From: Geobacteraceae bacterium
Lineage (GTDB): Bacteria > Desulfobacterota > Desulfuromonadia > Geobacterales > Geobacteraceae
NCBI GenBank assembly: GCA_029975275.1
Contig: JARKPN010000166.1
Location: 40,509 to 104,508, forward strand
Length of the DNA: 64,000 nt
Direction: 5' to 3'
This document shows, piece by piece, positions 1 through 8,524 of the stretch. Below the pieces are notes generated by a model. It made no database searches. It saw nothing but the letters and a program-made list of their open reading frames with translations, and had not been told where the DNA came from. The position numbers and the translations under genes are program-made. Numbering within the stretch: the first letter of the stretch is position 1; each line of letters opens with the position of its first letter.

Positions 1-215
1 ATCAACTGGATCTGCCGGATGAGGCTTTCCATGGCAAGGGTGGCGTTGCTGGCCAGCCTGATCTTCTCGTTGTTGATCGTCACTATCTGATCCAGTGATG
101 TGTTTATCCCGGCCATGCCCTTGACACCAAGGACAGTCAGGATCGTCAGCAGGAGCAGGATCGTGCCGAAGCCCAGTCCAAGGCGGATACCCACTTTCAG
201 GTTGGTCATTTTCAT
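1..215 (-). CDS. Methyl-accepting chemotaxis protein, N-terminal fragment (gene runs off the window start)
   Basis: Reverse translation from ATG ending at 215 gives MKMTNLKVGIRLGLGFGTILLLLTILTVLGVKGMAGINTSLDQIVTINNEKIRLASNATLAMESL. That is a TM helix followed by a helical-sensor-like start typical of MCPs. An AGGAGG-type RBS (cctcct, 223-228) lies upstream, and the gene is adjacent to cheW/cheA. Confidence 0.6.
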   Translation of the reverse strand, partial: MKMTNLKVGIRLGLGFGTILLLLTILTVLGVKGMAGINTSLDQIVTINNEKIRLASNATLAMESLIRQIQL

Positions 216-239
216 AGTCGAACCTCCTCTAGAGAGCTA

Positions 240-420
240 AGGGACTCGGAAAATACCGACATACCATCTTGCATCCCGTCTTCGGGCCGTCTTTCGTCGA
301 GCCTCAATCGCAAAATCCTCGACATAGCGCTGCTATGCCTGCGGTTTTGCTCAATCGGTTCGCCAAAATCCGACCCAAATCCGGGCGCGATCTCGGTACG
401 CCGGTATTTTCCGAGTCCCT
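240..420. repeat. 19-bp perfect inverted repeat (agggactcggaaaataccg / cggtattttccgagtccct) bracketing 143 bp
   Basis: Arm 240-258 is the exact reverse complement of arm 402-420. The element lies wholly in the mcp-cheW intergenic spacer. Confidence 0.85.
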
Positions 421-431
421 AATGGTTGGAA

Positions 432-938
432 TCATTCGTTTTTCCCGGACCCGGCTTCGTCCTCCAGCCGGAGCACGGACATGTCGTCGAAGCTGAATAT
501 CCTGTCGATATCGAGAATGATCAGGAACCTGTCGCTGTGTTTTCCTATCCCCCTGATGAATGCGGCATCGATCCCGGTGCCGATCCTGGGCGGGGGCTCG
601 ATTCTGTCCGGTTCCAGCTCAAGGACCTCCTGGACCGCATCGGCCAGGGAGCCGATAACGACCGTTTCCCCGCCGATGTGGAGCTCCATGACGATGATGC
701 AGGTGTTTGCGGTCTTTTCGGTGAACGACATGCCGAACCTCTGCTTCAGGTCTATGACCGGAACCACGCTTCCGCGCAGGTTGAACACGCCCCTCATGAA
801 GTCCGGAGTCCTGGGGACTTTGGTTATGTTCGTGAAATCCAGGATCTCCCGGATGTTGGCCACATCCACCGCATAGGTCTCGTCCTGCAGCCTGAAGGTC
901 AGGTACTGGACAGCATCGGCCATGTTCGAGGTGCTCAT
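432..938 (-). CDS. cheW: Chemotaxis coupling protein CheW
   Basis: 168-aa ORF with a CheW-like fold signature (YLTFRLQDETYAVDVANIREI..., VFNLRGSVVPVIDLKQRFG). It sits immediately downstream of cheA. Confidence 0.9.
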   Translation of the reverse strand: MSTSNMADAVQYLTFRLQDETYAVDVANIREILDFTNITKVPRTPDFMRGVFNLRGSVVPVIDLKQRFGMSFTEKTANTCIIVMELHIGGETVVIGSLADAVQEVLELEPDRIEPPPRIGTGIDAAFIRGIGKHSDRFLIILDIDRIFSFDDMSVLRLEDEAGSGKNE

Positions 939-962
939 CGGTTTGCTCCTTTGTCGGAAATG

Positions 963-3059
963 TCATTGCGGCCCGGTGCCGCCCATAAGTGCCGGAATAT
1001 CCAGGATCAGAGCGATGTCGCCGTCTCCGAGGATGGTGGCGCCCGATATCCCCTCCACGTTCCGGTACACCCTCCCCAGGGTCTTGATCACGGTCTGGTG
1101 TTCGCCCACCACCGAGTCGACCACGATGCCGAACCGATTGCCGGAGAGGTTCGTTATCACGATCTGCTCTATGTCCGGCGCCGCGCCGCCCAGGTTGAAC
1201 GAGTCGCGCAGCGATACGTAAGGGACGATGCCCCCCCTGACGTTCACCAGGCGGTTGCCGCTCGACGGGACGGCATCGACCCTGTTCAGCTCGATGCACT
1301 CCTCCACCAGGGAGAGAGGCATGACGTAGCTTTCGCCGGCCGCCTTGACCAGCAGGGTCTCGATTATGGCCAGGGTGAGCGGCAGCCTTATGGTGATGAC
1401 GGTGCCGATACCGCGCCGGCTTGATATGTCGATGCTTCCGCGCAGCGAGTCTATGGCCCGCTTCACCACGTCCATCCCGACCCCCCGGCCCGACACGCCG
1501 GTGACGGTTTTGGCGGTGGAAAACCCCGGAGCGAAAATCAGGGAGAACAGCTCTTTGTCGCAAGACGCAGCCGAAGGGTTCAGGAGTCCCCGGTCGACGG
1601 CCTTTGCCCGGATGGCGTCCCCGTCCAGCCCGGCGCCGTCGTCTTCTATGGTTATGGTGACGCTGTCGCCGGAGTGTTCGGCGGTCAGGCGAACCGTTCC
1701 CTGCGCCGGTTTGCCGCCAGCCAGCCGGACGTCCGGGGTCTCGATGCCGTGGTCGATGCTGTTGCGGATGATATGCACCAGGGGGTCGTTGAGCCGCTCG
1801 AGCACCGTCTTGTCCAGCTCTGTTTCACCCCCACAGGTGACCAGCTCCACGTTCTTGCCCAACTCTCCGGAGAGGTCCCGAACCAGGCGCGTGAACCTGC
1901 TGAAGCATCCGCCGATGGGCATCATCCGCAGTGTGAGGGTGCTGTCGCGCAACTCCGCGGTCAGGCGCTCAACCTCCTCGGCCAGCAGGGTCAACTGCGG
2001 GTCGCAGCGGTGGTCGGCCGTCATACTGAGACGGGCCTGGACAGTCACCAGTTCGCCCACCAGGTTCACCAGCTTGTCCAGCCGCTCCGAGGAGACCCGG
2101 ATGCTGGCCGCCGCCTCGTTGCTCTGTCTGCGCTGCTGCACCTCGCGCACGTGCCGCTGCTCGACCAAGGCCGATTCGACCTGGGCCGGGCTGGCCATGC
2201 CTTTCTCGACCAGCAACTCCCCAAGGCGTCGCTGAAAGGAAAGGGCCTTGTGTATGTCTTCCGAAGAGAGGTCGCCCCTCTCAACCAGGATTTCGCCGAG
2301 CTTTTTCCCTGTGGAGCCTTCGGAGAGGGAGACGTGGGTATCGAGGACGTCGATGTGCAGCTCGCCGTCGTCCTCGACGAAGATGAATACGTCCCGGATT
2401 GCGTTGATGCCCCGGTTTGTGGTCAGGAGAACGTCCCAGAAGGTATGGCAGTCCTCCGGCTCCAACTCGTCCAGCCTGGGGATCCGTTCCGGATGGGCGA
2501 TCACCGTGCAGCTGCCGAGCTGGCGAAGCTCGTCCAGCAGCAGGGCAGGGTCGGTGCCGGTCTTGAGAATGTCCCGGGAGGGGATGAACCGTATGCGGTA
2601 AACCCTCTCGACATCTCCTCCGGCAGCGGAGCCGCCTTCTGTCGCGGGCGCGGAGTCCTCTGACGGAAGGGACGCGGGTTCACCCGGACGGGCAATGTCC
2701 CTGAATAGGGCCGTTAGCTTCCGCCTGGTTTCGGCGTCCGCGGAGCCGTCACCTTCGAGCATGGCACGGATCAGGTCGCACGACCTCAGGGTGAGATCGA
2801 TCAGTTCCTTGTCGACGGCAACGGCGCCGCTCCTTACCAGGTCGAACACGGTTTCCACCTCGTGGGTGAAGTCCGAGATTTCGGTGAAGCCGAACATCCC
2901 GCCGGAACCCTTGATGGTGTGCATGGCCCGGAAGGTTCTCCCTATGAGCTCCTGCTCGTCGGGCCGGTACTCCAGTTCCAGGAGCGCGGATTCGAGCTCT
3001 GACAGCAATTCGAGCGCCTCATCCCTGAATGCTTCTCTGTGTGTTTCCGCCATTCCCAT
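963..3059 (-). CDS. cheA: Chemotaxis histidine kinase CheA with an internal MshEN/T2SSE_N-like tandem motif
   Basis: 698-aa ORF. It has an HPt site (AMHTIKGSGGMFG), a dimerisation/HATPase core (DPLVHIIRNSIDHG, EDDGAGLD, GRGVGMDVV) and a C-terminal CheW-like domain. The extra segment is at aa 252-301 (KLGEILVERGDL...Q, RLGELLVEKGMA...Q). Confidence 0.92.
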   Translation of the reverse strand: MGMAETHREAFRDEALELLSELESALLELEYRPDEQELIGRTFRAMHTIKGSGGMFGFTEISDFTHEVETVFDLVRSGAVAVDKELIDLTLRSCDLIRAMLEGDGSADAETRRKLTALFRDIARPGEPASLPSEDSAPATEGGSAAGGDVERVYRIRFIPSRDILKTGTDPALLLDELRQLGSCTVIAHPERIPRLDELEPEDCHTFWDVLLTTNRGINAIRDVFIFVEDDGELHIDVLDTHVSLSEGSTGKKLGEILVERGDLSSEDIHKALSFQRRLGELLVEKGMASPAQVESALVEQRHVREVQQRRQSNEAAASIRVSSERLDKLVNLVGELVTVQARLSMTADHRCDPQLTLLAEEVERLTAELRDSTLTLRMMPIGGCFSRFTRLVRDLSGELGKNVELVTCGGETELDKTVLERLNDPLVHIIRNSIDHGIETPDVRLAGGKPAQGTVRLTAEHSGDSVTITIEDDGAGLDGDAIRAKAVDRGLLNPSAASCDKELFSLIFAPGFSTAKTVTGVSGRGVGMDVVKRAIDSLRGSIDISSRRGIGTVITIRLPLTLAIIETLLVKAAGESYVMPLSLVEECIELNRVDAVPSSGNRLVNVRGGIVPYVSLRDSFNLGGAAPDIEQIVITNLSGNRFGIVVDSVVGEHQTVIKTLGRVYRNVEGISGATILGDGDIALILDIPALMGGTGPQ

Positions 3060-3077
3060 ACGACTTTCCCGTCCCGT

Positions 3078-3425
3078 CTACAGGTCTGTTGTCCGCTCAA
3101 GCCAGAGGCATTGGCCGTCCATGGTGCGCCGGCAACCGGTGTTGCGCAGGAAACCGTACCTTGTCGCGTCATCGTGCGGCCCACGGTCCGTATCGATCAG
3201 CGACATCTCCATGCCGGAGCCGGTCGCGGTCAGGTGGGCGGAGCAGAGGAGCTGCACGCAGCTGAGGTGAATCGAGGAGACGCCCGTCATGTCCAACAGG
3301 AGCCTGTCTACGCCTGCGAGAGATTCGAGCAGGACCGTCTTCAGCTCCTGCGCGGATTCGATGTCCATGTCTCCGGTGATGCGGAGTGTCCCGACGTTTC
3401 CGTCCCGTATGAACTCATGGTGCAT
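3078..3425 (-). CDS. STAS-domain protein (anti-sigma-factor-antagonist-like)
   Basis: The start is taken at MHHEFIRDG (ATG ending at 3425, with GAGG 7 nt upstream). The pattern TLRITGDMDIESAQELKTVL...DMTGVSSIHLSCVQLL resembles SpoIIAA/STAS. The gene lies between cheY and cheA. Confidence 0.7.
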   Translation of the reverse strand: MHHEFIRDGNVGTLRITGDMDIESAQELKTVLLESLAGVDRLLLDMTGVSSIHLSCVQLLCSAHLTATGSGMEMSLIDTDRGPHDDATRYGFLRNTGCRRTMDGQCLWLERTTDL

Positions 3426-3509
3426 GCTGACCTCACTTGCGGATTTACACGACGCCACGGCGGAGCTTTTCCCGCGTAGGAAAAGGCAGGGCGGTGCGGC
3501 AATAGCGTG

Positions 3510-3875
3510 TCATTTTACGAATTTCCTGACCGTTTCGACCAACTGATCCGGGTTGAAGGGCTTTACGATCCAGCCGCTTGCCCCTGCCTGTCTGCCGGCC
3601 TGCTTTTTGGCCTCCTGGGATTCGGTGGTGAGCATCACGATGGGGATGAACCTGCATCCCGGCCTGCTCCTGAGTTGCCTGATGAGCTCTATCCCGTCCA
3701 TTTCCGGCATGTTCAGGTCGGTAATCACCATGGATACCCTGGTACCGTCCAGCTTGGCCAATGCCTCCTTGCCGTGTGCCGCGGCAATTACCTCGTATCC
3801 CGCATCCTTGAGGGTGAAAGTGACCATCTGCCGCATTGATGCGGAATCGTCCACAACTAAGAGGGTATGTGCCAT
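3510..3875 (-). CDS. cheY: CheY-like single-domain response regulator
   Basis: MAHTLLVVDDSASMRQMV...VITDLNMPEMDGIELI...KPF has the REC-domain acidic pocket and conserved Lys. An RBS (ggagga) precedes the ATG at 3875. The longer 174-aa ORF start was rejected. Confidence 0.9.
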   Translation of the reverse strand: MAHTLLVVDDSASMRQMVTFTLKDAGYEVIAAAHGKEALAKLDGTRVSMVITDLNMPEMDGIELIRQLRSRPGCRFIPIVMLTTESQEAKKQAGRQAGASGWIVKPFNPDQLVETVRKFVK

Positions 3876-4017
3876 GCCTCGTGCTCCTCCGGGAAAAATA
3901 TGTTGTTGATCGGGTCCGGTCTTCCGCTTCTCCATCATCCGCGCCCTACGGGGCCCCTTTTCCCTCACAGAGAAGGGGCGGCTTGAAATGCCTCCGGGCG
4001 AAGGGGATGGGATGATG

Positions 4018-5190
4018 TCAGGCCGTCCCGACACTGCCGGTCAGGGTGTCCCGCATGACCCGACGCTCCGATTCCATGGTGTAGATGTCTTCGAGGCGTT
4101 CCACGCCCCGCCCGGCATCGCCGTCCGGGTTTCCGGCCCGCGCAGGATTCGGTTCCGCGGCGCACCGTTGCCACCGGGTGTGAAGATCCTGCAGCGGCCC
4201 GATCACGTGTTCGATGCGTTGCCTGGTTATGTCCTGGAACTGCATCGAAACCACTATGGAGCCGATGTCCCTGGCCAGCTCCCCGGTTCCCGCAGAGATG
4301 GCGTCCAACTCGCTCCCGGCCTGTGCCATGACCTGGTCGAGCCTCGCCAGCGTGGCTTCCATGATCCTTTCCGATTCCAGGGAACGCTGCTCGCTCCTGG
4401 ACGAGTAGCGTTCGGTTTCGCTGCAGATCCCGGCGATCTCCTCTTCCACGTGTCTGCTGAGCTTGCCGATACTGTCCGCCGCTGAGGTGGACCTTGTCGA
4501 AAGTCTGCGCACCTCATCCGCCACGACCGCGAACCCGCGACCGTGCTCGCCGGCCCGGGCGGCCTCGATTGAGGCGTTGAGGGCCAGGAGGTTGGTCTGG
4601 TCGGCTATGTAGTCTATCTCCGAAACCACTTCGCGGATGTTTGTCATGCTTTCGCTTATCTTTCCTATGTTGGCGAGGGTACGTCGGGCCACATCGCTTA
4701 CGCTGCGCAGGTTGTCCATCACTGCCGCAAATGCCTGCTTGCTGACCTTGATGAGAGCCTTGCCGTCATCTCCGCCGCTTCCGGCGAATTCTCCCAGGGA
4801 TTCGGCCGCCCGGGCGGCCTGTGCCCTGGCACGCGACACGATATCCATGAAACGCCCGCCGATTTCCAGGGCAGCGGTTTCCGTGTCGTTGATAACGCTC
4901 TGAAGCTGGTTGACCAGCACCGGGATCAGCTCGACCTCCGGGCGAGGGGACGTGTCGACAGGTTCGGCATTCTGCTCCGGGACGGATGAAACAGGTCCGT
5001 GCTGCGGAGTTTCCGGTACATTGCGTCTGACCCTCTGTCTGAGGCAGAGCTGCGCCGCAATAATCGCCGGGACGATCAGTGCGGCAGTGGCGATGAGCCG
5101 CGCAGGCCGGCTGCCGATCAATACCGGCGACGCCGTCACCAGCAGCAGTAGAGAGACGAATACGGTGGGCTTGTCAATCATCTTCATCAT
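4018..5190 (-). CDS. Methyl-accepting chemotaxis protein with two closely spaced TM helices and no obvious periplasmic sensor
   Basis: The signalling hairpin is [36 protein letters not shown]. The N-terminus has two TM helices separated by about 5 aa. The start was chosen at MMKMIDK (5190) and is uncertain by a few codons. Confidence 0.85.
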   Translation of the reverse strand: MMKMIDKPTVFVSLLLLVTASPVLIGSRPARLIATAALIVPAIIAAQLCLRQRVRRNVPETPQHGPVSSVPEQNAEPVDTSPRPEVELIPVLVNQLQSVINDTETAALEIGGRFMDIVSRARAQAARAAESLGEFAGSGGDDGKALIKVSKQAFAAVMDNLRSVSDVARRTLANIGKISESMTNIREVVSEIDYIADQTNLLALNASIEAARAGEHGRGFAVVADEVRRLSTRSTSAADSIGKLSRHVEEEIAGICSETERYSSRSEQRSLESERIMEATLARLDQVMAQAGSELDAISAGTGELARDIGSIVVSMQFQDITRQRIEHVIGPLQDLHTRWQRCAAEPNPARAGNPDGDAGRGVERLEDIYTMESERRVMRDTLTGSVGTA

Positions 5191-5299
5191 AGGGGAAGAA
5201 CCTTGGTGGGCGGGACCGGGCCGCATTTGAGAAGGCCAGGCAGAATCGAGTCGATATGCCTGATTTCCTGAGATTGCACAAATTTGAGTTATGTATGAT

Positions 5300-5326
5300 T
5301 TATCGGACATAACAAAAAAAACTTGA
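5300..5326 (-). promoter_or_regulatory. Candidate sigma-28 (FliA) promoter upstream of the MCP gene
   Basis: The minus strand reads TCAAGTTT-N11-TCCGATAA, against the consensus TAAAGTTT-N11-GCCGATAA. It lies about 110 nt upstream of the start at 5190. Confidence 0.5.
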
Positions 5327-5597
5327 ATTATTTTTGTATCAGCGTGACAGGCCTGCATTTCAGCGGTTCGGGAGCGGTTGCGGATGAAATCCGGCCGGTT
5401 CCGGGACCCCGGCGGTTCTGCCCGCTTGATATCTGCATGCGGACAAGAACGGGCCGTTATCATTGACTTTTACTTAGGTGGTTTGATAGAATGCCACCTC
5501 TTTCGGTGTGTGGAAGTCCGGACGATCTACATAATCTGGTCCCGGCGGCGGCGGTTGCTCTCGGCCGGCGGCCTTTGTTCGATAATAGGATACGGCA

Positions 5598-6413
5598 ATG
5601 ACTAACCGGTTTTTTTTCCTCCTCTCCTGCGCGGTGCTGCTCGGCCAGTTCGGCTGCGTAGGCAAGAGCGCCTATCAGAAGAAGGTGGAGGAGACATCCT
5701 GTCTGACCAGGGAACTGACCGAGCTGCAGCTGAGAAATACGGAGCTTGCCCGGGAAACCGAGGGGATGCTGACGGAGCAGAGCCGGCTGCGTGCGAGGGT
5801 GGCCGAGCTGGAGGCCGGCAACAGGAGCCTGGAGCAGATGCTGAACGCGAAAACCGAGCCATCCTACGGCATGGTGGCCGAACTGGAGCGGGAAAAGGCC
5901 AGGCTGACCGATGATCTGGCCAGGCTGTTGAGCGCCCGGGAAGGCAAGGTGCGCGACGTCAGCAGGATCTACGAGACTCTGCTGGAAGGCATGAAAGACG
6001 AGATTGCCTCCGGTCGGGTGACCGTCTCGGAGCTGCGCGGCAGGGTCACCATCGCCGTGCGCGACGAGGCGCTGTTCAACGGAGATAAGGACGAGATCAA
6101 TCCGACAGGGATCCCCCTGCTCCGGAAGATCGCAGCCAATCTGAAAGGGGTGGGCGAGAATGAGGTCGGCATCGCGCTCCCCTTCGTGATACCCGAGAAT
6201 GTTCCCGTGACAGCGCCAAGAAACGGCAATCCGGCGGTGCTTCCGGCTGCCCGCGCCGTGGCGATCGCGCGATTCTTCAGGCAGGAGGGCATCGGACCGG
6301 AGAACCTGATCGCAATGGCCCGCGGAGAATTCGCTCCTGTCCGCGATGCAGACCGGCCGACTACACTGGGAAAGGCATCCCGTGTCGAGATAACCGTTTC
6401 GGCAGGGGATTAA
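5598..6413 (+). CDS. Lipoprotein with a coiled-coil region and an OmpA/MotB-like C-terminal domain
   Basis: A signal peptide plus lipobox (LLGQFGC) is followed by heptad-like Leu/Glu/Arg-rich helices. The C-terminus (AARAVAIARFFRQEGIGPENLIAMARGEFAPV...SRVEITV) resembles the OmpA_C peptidoglycan-binding domain. Confidence 0.65.
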   Translation: MTNRFFFLLSCAVLLGQFGCVGKSAYQKKVEETSCLTRELTELQLRNTELARETEGMLTEQSRLRARVAELEAGNRSLEQMLNAKTEPSYGMVAELEREKARLTDDLARLLSAREGKVRDVSRIYETLLEGMKDEIASGRVTVSELRGRVTIAVRDEALFNGDKDEINPTGIPLLRKIAANLKGVGENEVGIALPFVIPENVPVTAPRNGNPAVLPAARAVAIARFFRQEGIGPENLIAMARGEFAPVRDADRPTTLGKASRVEITVSAGD

Positions 6414-6417
6414 CGTC

Positions 6418-7119
6418 ATGAAGAAGAAAACGAAACAGCAGGACAAGCCAAAGGAGTTCAGCAATGCCCCGTTCAAGGGACTGACGGGGTTTGCCGCCGC
6501 CGAGTCCGTGCCTCCGGCACCCGCAAGCGGAGGAAAGGCCCCTGCGCCGACTCAGCCGCCCGCGCCTGGTGAGGGGGGTGAGGACCGGGAAGTGTTTCTC
6601 CGCTACATGGAGGGCGTAAGGAAGCTCGACGGCGAAAAACCGGAGAAACGGCCGACAAAGGGTCCCTCCGCGACACCGGCCCGGTCCGGGGAAGAGGAGG
6701 AGCGGCGCACCTTTCTGTCCGCCCTGTCGGGGATGGATGTCACCTTCAGCGATGAGCTTCCCGATGTGGAGCCGCTCCGGCCGCTCGCCGCAAACCGCAT
6801 GCGGCAGTTGAAATCAGGGGCGATCCGGATCGATCTGGAGCTGGATCTGCACGGCCTCACCAGGGACGAGGCCCTGGCGAGCCTGGGCAGCTTCGTTACC
6901 GGGGCCTATAACCGCGGACAGAAGGCCATCCTGGTCATTACAGGCAAGGGAAACAACTCGCCCGCCGAGCCGGTGCTTCAAGGCGCGGTCGCATCCTGGC
7001 TGAGGGACGCCGGCAGGAAGATGGTGGCCGAATTCGCGCCGGCTCCCCGTCGCATGGGGGGGAGCGGGGCGTTCGTGGTGTTCCTGAAGGACAGGAGCAA
7101 AGCGGATGCAGCCGGGTAG
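6418..7119 (+). CDS. Smr-domain protein
   Basis: The C-terminus LDLHGLTRDEALASLGSFV...AILVITGKGNNS...GAVASWL matches the Smr/MutS2 C-terminal nuclease domain pattern. Confidence 0.8.
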   Translation: MKKKTKQQDKPKEFSNAPFKGLTGFAAAESVPPAPASGGKAPAPTQPPAPGEGGEDREVFLRYMEGVRKLDGEKPEKRPTKGPSATPARSGEEEERRTFLSALSGMDVTFSDELPDVEPLRPLAANRMRQLKSGAIRIDLELDLHGLTRDEALASLGSFVTGAYNRGQKAILVITGKGNNSPAEPVLQGAVASWLRDAGRKMVAEFAPAPRRMGGSGAFVVFLKDRSKADAAG

Positions 7120-7158
7120 CTGTTCGCTGAATGAGGGATAACCAGAGGAGGGAGCAAG

Positions 7159-8397
7159 ATGGCGAAACGGAGAAGCAACCTTACAATCAATGTGGTTCTG
7201 GCGGCTTTCCTGATCCTGTGGGGATTCGTTCTCCTGTGCGCTGAAGCGGTGCATGCCGCGGACAAGGGGGCCAAACCTCCCGTGGCGCGCTACTGGATGA
7301 GCATAGCCACCGAGAAGAACACCATCCCGGGGATGCCCGAGGGGATGCCTGGGATGGGAGGGTTCTTCGGGGGCGGCGGTTCGGGAAAGAAGCTTCTGCT
7401 GCAATTGAATTCATCCAGGCCCGTTCCAGCCGACCCCTCGGCCGGCCACGACATTCCTCCCGGCCAGAATATGGGTAAGACGCTTCCCCTGCTGATACCG
7501 GAGCGGAAGCGGTCGGAGCCCGGCGAGCCCGGTATGCCGGGCGGGATGGAAAAGCCGAAGGCCCGCATGCTCATCTACTGGGGGTGCGGCGAGACGGTCC
7601 GCAAGGGTCAGCCGCGGGTCCTGGATACGGAAAAGATGAGCTTGGCCGAATTCGGCAAGGCCATGGCCGGGAGGGTCTCCCCCTCGCGCCAATCCCCCCC
7701 TTCACCGCAGTCCGGGCGGATTTACTCCGAGTGGCCGAACAGAGAAGACGGGACTCCGGTCCCAGGGAACAGCTCCCTGGTCGGAGGTCACCTGGTCCAG
7801 GGCAACTACCTTCCCGACATCCGTTTCTCCATCGACTCGGGCCATGATTTCATGGCGCCGGTGGAATTCACCTCGGTTCAGGGTGGGCCGGCTGAGGGCG
7901 TGAAGTTCCAGTGGCGCTCCATCCCGACCGCCACCGGGTACTTCGCCACGGCCATGGGGTACGACCAGAAGAGCGGCACCATGATACTCTGGAGCTCCAG
8001 CGAGCTTCCGGAACCCGGATACGCGCTCATGGACTACCTGTCCGAAGAAGACGTGCGGCGGCTCATCAGGGAGAAGGTGGTCATGCCCCCGTCCGTGAAC
8101 CGGTGCTCCGTACCCAGGGGGATCTTCGGGGAGTCCGAAGGGGCCATGCTTCAGTTCATCGCCTATGGCGACGAATTGAACATCGTCTACCCTCCGCGCG
8201 ATCCGAAAAAAACCCAGGACCCCATCTGGACCGTCAAGGCCAGGCGCAAATCCACCGGCATGCTCCCCCTTATGGCCATGGAGGGGCGGGAAGCCGGGGG
8301 TGAAGAGCGGGAGCGCGGGCGTGACAGGGACTCCTCCGAGGGTGGGTCGGAAGGAATGTCCCCAGGAAAGGTGCTGCGGGGGCTGTTTGGCTTCTGA
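7159..8397 (+). CDS. Hypothetical secreted protein with Gly/Met/Pro-rich segments
   Basis: 412-aa ORF with an N-terminal signal-like helix (VVLAAFLILWGFVLLCAEAVHA) and low-complexity GMPEGMPGMGGFFGGGGSG. I recognised no family. Confidence 0.55.
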   Translation: MAKRRSNLTINVVLAAFLILWGFVLLCAEAVHAADKGAKPPVARYWMSIATEKNTIPGMPEGMPGMGGFFGGGGSGKKLLLQLNSSRPVPADPSAGHDIPPGQNMGKTLPLLIPERKRSEPGEPGMPGGMEKPKARMLIYWGCGETVRKGQPRVLDTEKMSLAEFGKAMAGRVSPSRQSPPSPQSGRIYSEWPNREDGTPVPGNSSLVGGHLVQGNYLPDIRFSIDSGHDFMAPVEFTSVQGGPAEGVKFQWRSIPTATGYFATAMGYDQKSGTMILWSSSELPEPGYALMDYLSEEDVRRLIREKVVMPPSVNRCSVPRGIFGESEGAMLQFIAYGDELNIVYPPRDPKKTQDPIWTVKARRKSTGMLPLMAMEGREAGGEERERGRDRDSSEGGSEGMSPGKVLRGLFGF

Positions 8398-8428
8398 AAT
8401 CCCAAACACTGCCTGCCGAGGTTGTTCC

Positions 8429-8454
8429 ACAAGGCCCGCGAGAGCGGGCCTTGT
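8429..8454. terminator. Hairpin between convergent genes (likely bidirectional terminator)
   Basis: acaaggcccgc-gaga-gcgggccttgt forms an 11-bp perfect stem and is followed by gcgtttc. It lies between the stops at 8397 (+) and 8525 (-). Confidence 0.55.
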
Positions 8455-8524
8455 GCGTTTCGGCAATTATCAGCGTCTGTCGGGATGAAGCACGCGATTG
8501 GGTGTCAGAAGCTCGATCGCGGCA

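Noticed and set aside
426-1563. Long ORFs 426-1424 (+, 332 aa) and 619-1563 (-, 314 aa) overlapping cheW/cheA
   Set aside because: They are antisense or out of frame relative to genes with clear CheW/CheA homology. Their Arg/Gly/Pro/His-rich composition is typical of GC-driven spurious ORFs.
5460-6476. 338-aa ORF on the - strand overlapping the OmpA-like gene
   Set aside because: It is antisense to an ORF with a lipobox and OmpA_C-like motifs. It shows no motifs and has an Arg/His/Pro-rich composition.
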